NCBI GenBank assembly: GCA_050273025.1
Contig: CP158636.1
Coordinates: 8,184,001 to 8,248,000 of the forward strand
Direction: 5' to 3'
DNA length: 64,000 nucleotides
From: Cenococcum geophilum
Lineage: Eukaryota
In this document: piece after piece, positions 61,601 to 64,000 of the stretch
How the letters are laid out: every line of letters begins with the position of its first letter
Position numbering within the stretch: position 1 is the stretch's first letter
Notes under the pieces: model-generated
Seen by the model: only the letters and a program-made list of their open reading frames with translations
Database searches by the model: none
What the model was told of the DNA's origin: nothing
Program-made: the position numbers and the translations under genes

Positions 61601-62850
61601 TTGATGACATATTTTATTGATGAAGTTATCTATTTTATTGTCACTTAATTATCTGTGCAAGGGATAATTGCCTCGAGGCTTCCCTGCTTCAAGCATTTCG
61701 CAGATGATACAGATTAATTCAATTATGAATTAATCAACCACCATACCTTCTAATCGTGCCTTTCCTAAACGCCCATCCCAAACGAATCTCCACCAAGGAT
61801 TGAGTATATATATTTGTTGAGTTTTATATTCCTTATCACGACTCTAAGATCCTAACGATCTAATTGGCATGTTCTAGAATGAGTCGTGTATCGCTTTGAT
61901 CGGCTTGATTCCGAATTAATCGACTTAATCCGGAATAAGGTGGTGCTCTAAAATCGATACGGGTAGGTTACGTTCGATTAAAATTGGCCACGATTAACCT
62001 CAATTTTGGCGTAGAAATTCCAATCGCTATATCCCTTGTACCGCTGGCGTCCAAGCGGGTTTGGTCCGTGCGCAGCGCTTATGAATGTCGATTCGTCAAT
62101 AGCAGTAACAATACTACGAAGGCGCGCGGCATTGAATTTGACCCATGTTTTGCCGAGTAGTTTGTTAGCGAAATTTTTTCTTAGCAAACCCCACCAAGAT
62201 AATTAGTGAGACGGCACTTATGGCTCCACCACCTACGGAAGGCCAGAAGATTGAATATTTGACCCACCTATAATACGTGCATTCTGCAGAGGCTGCTTAA
62301 CAAGCTAGAATTAATGTAAACACAGCTAAAAAGATTAAAGCACGCGTTGGTGCCTTCCTGGTAGAGTGCGAAGAAGCTAGTTTCCCTACTCCTATGATTA
62401 AAGAGCAAGTTGCTAGGAAGCCTAAATCAGGTATAAAGCCTTAAACCTCAGTTTAAGAGATTATTAACTTAGTTAAAAGTTATACGTTAAATAATAAATA
62501 ATAGAAGAAGCTTTAGCACGTCGTCGCAAAAGAGGATAGATTCTCCGACTACCACCGCTGTATGATTAAGAAGAAGCTCCGTGAGAGAGGCCTTCGCAGA
62601 GCTAAAAGCACAAAGAAGTTAGGTCTTATAGACATTTAGGAGGTATAAAGATATAAGGTAGCACTCTTGCGAAAGGATTGGGGTCTAGTAGAGTAGAGAA
62701 TAGTTATCTTCTTAGATAAAGCTTTTATTATTATCTCTATAAAGTAAGGGCACTAGAATATATTACAATTTCCTGATAAACGCTATTATCATGATTGCAT
62801 TAAACGCTAGTATAATAACTACTTAGAAGCAATGTTTTGGGGATGCTTTA

Positions 62851-63054
62851 TGTAACCGACTACCGAGGCTCGCATCACGTCGTGACTCACCACCTCGTAT
62901 GTCTCACTACCTATGTCTCACTACCTGTTTCCATTACCTATTGCCGACTGTAAGCGCAGTCTTCTTGCCACCATTTCATGTATATATACCACTTGATTTC
63001 CATAGATTTACAATTAAGTCGCTCATTCAATTCTTCCACACTGCAAAGCTTACA
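62851..63054 (+). repeat. Solo LTR (Copia family of 4481-4727)
   Basis: TGTAACCGACTACC...GCAAAGCTTACA; 5-bp TSD CTTTA (62846-62850, 63055-63059). Confidence 0.95.
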
Positions 63055-63326
63055 CTTTACGTACGATTAAAAAGGCCCTTATTATATATATTACCCCAAA
63101 ACTGCTAACTAAAAGTAAACCTACGAAGATGCGATTAAGATACTTAATACGGAGGAGCTAGAAGTTAAATGTTGGGCAGAGTTCGCACAATAAGAGAAGG
63201 ATAAGGAGGCTAAGTGGACAGCTAAAAGGTAGAGATTTCCGTTGAAAAGGGCCATTTAGGAGATATATTGGAAGAATTATTAGTAGAGGAGGAATGGGCG
63301 TTCTAGAGGAGGCGTAGACAATATAC

Positions 63327-63544
63327 TGTAACCGACTACCGGTACTATGCCAAAATACCTGCGTATCACCTGCGTATCGACTACGTATCGCCTGTGTATC
63401 ACTTACGTATCACGCTGTTTTAGTTACGTAGTAGTCTCCCCTTTCATCTTATTACCTGTGCCTTCCTCGTGTATATAGAGAGGCTCTAGAGCTACATCTT
63501 ACAATCAAGTCGCTCATTTATTTCCCACACTGCAAAAGCTTACA
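63327..63544 (+). repeat. Solo LTR (related subfamily)
   Basis: TGTAACCGACTACC...GCAAAAGCTTACA; 5-bp TSD TATAC (63322-63326, 63545-63549); U3 region differs from the other copies. Confidence 0.95.
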
Positions 63545-64000
63545 TATACGCTACTTATACAAGGTAATCGTACCGTACTTAATTCCTTTTTATAAAGAGA
63601 TTATATTATAACGGCACAATTTAGATATATTTAAGTATGATTAACCTAGCTATGTCTTTTAGTAAGATAACGCTCCCTCGCACTCTAGTAAGTGGACTTT
63701 ACGCCTCCTTAAGAAAGAAGGTATCCCGTTATTAAAGTATATAGGCAACTCCCCCGATATAAACGCCATTAAGGGAGCTTAGATGCCTATAAGGATTCAA
63801 ATAACTTAGCAATGGGGTGCCCCTTATACTCTAGGGTGGACGGATAGAGCGTAGAGAGGTGCGTGGGATGACCTCCCATAGGCAAAGATTAGAGCTCTCG
63901 TCGCTAGAATGGCTGCCATTAATACCCTTATTATAGAACATAAAGGTAGAAATAATTTTCACGGGTAGTACTTAGATTTTGGTGGGGTTGAATCGCGATT

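Larger units (their letters stand above)
62041..64000 (+). mobile_element. Tc1-like DDE transposon, RIP-degenerate, with two solo-LTR insertions; right TIR outside the window
   Basis: Putative TA/CCGCTGGCGTCC left end. ORF relic 62220-63968: KLRERGLRRAKSTKK, VIFLDKA (FSDE), MFWGCF/TYD*KGP, GNSPDINAIKGA (NSPDxNxIE), NNFHG*. Confidence 0.88.

Noticed and set aside
1..64000. Starship giant transposon, tRNA or rRNA genes, telomeric repeats
   Set aside because: No tyrosine-recombinase captain, cloverleaf/T-loop motif, 5S sequence or TTAGGG array recognised by eye; tRNAscan-SE, Infernal and HMMER would be needed to exclude them formally.

Overview
Eukaryotic DNA from a filamentous ascomycete (Pezizomycotina), inferred from short GT-AG introns with CTAAC branch points, HET-domain genes and strong RIP-type C-to-T/G-to-A decay. 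The species cannot be named from this window. Left block (1-22 kb) is repeat-rich: a Copia retroelement interrupted by a complete RIP-mutated hAT transposon; a Pogo/Fot1 relic interrupted by a non-autonomous hAT; three HET-domain pseudogenes; a glyoxalase-family gene; an F-box-like ORF broken only by stop codons; a nested inverted-repeat element; and an orphan ORF. Core block (22-37 kb) holds intact genes: a small membrane protein, GH47 alpha-mannosidase, a 3-hydroxyisobutyrate/6PGDH-family dehydrogenase, ARG2, cystathionine beta-synthase, SRP receptor beta and an Ndt80/NdtA-type transcription factor. Then come a ~16 kb gene-poor tract, a conserved hypothetical gene, and a right repeat-rich block (P450 pseudogene, piggyBac relic, Tc1-like element with two solo LTRs). 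The most unusual feature is a 3.2 kb cassette (11283-14472) bounded by terminal inverted repeats. It has no recognisable transposase, carries a HET-ankyrin gene with near-identical, loop-variable ANK repeats, and appears to be inserted into another HET gene. All calls come from manual reading; no database searches were run.
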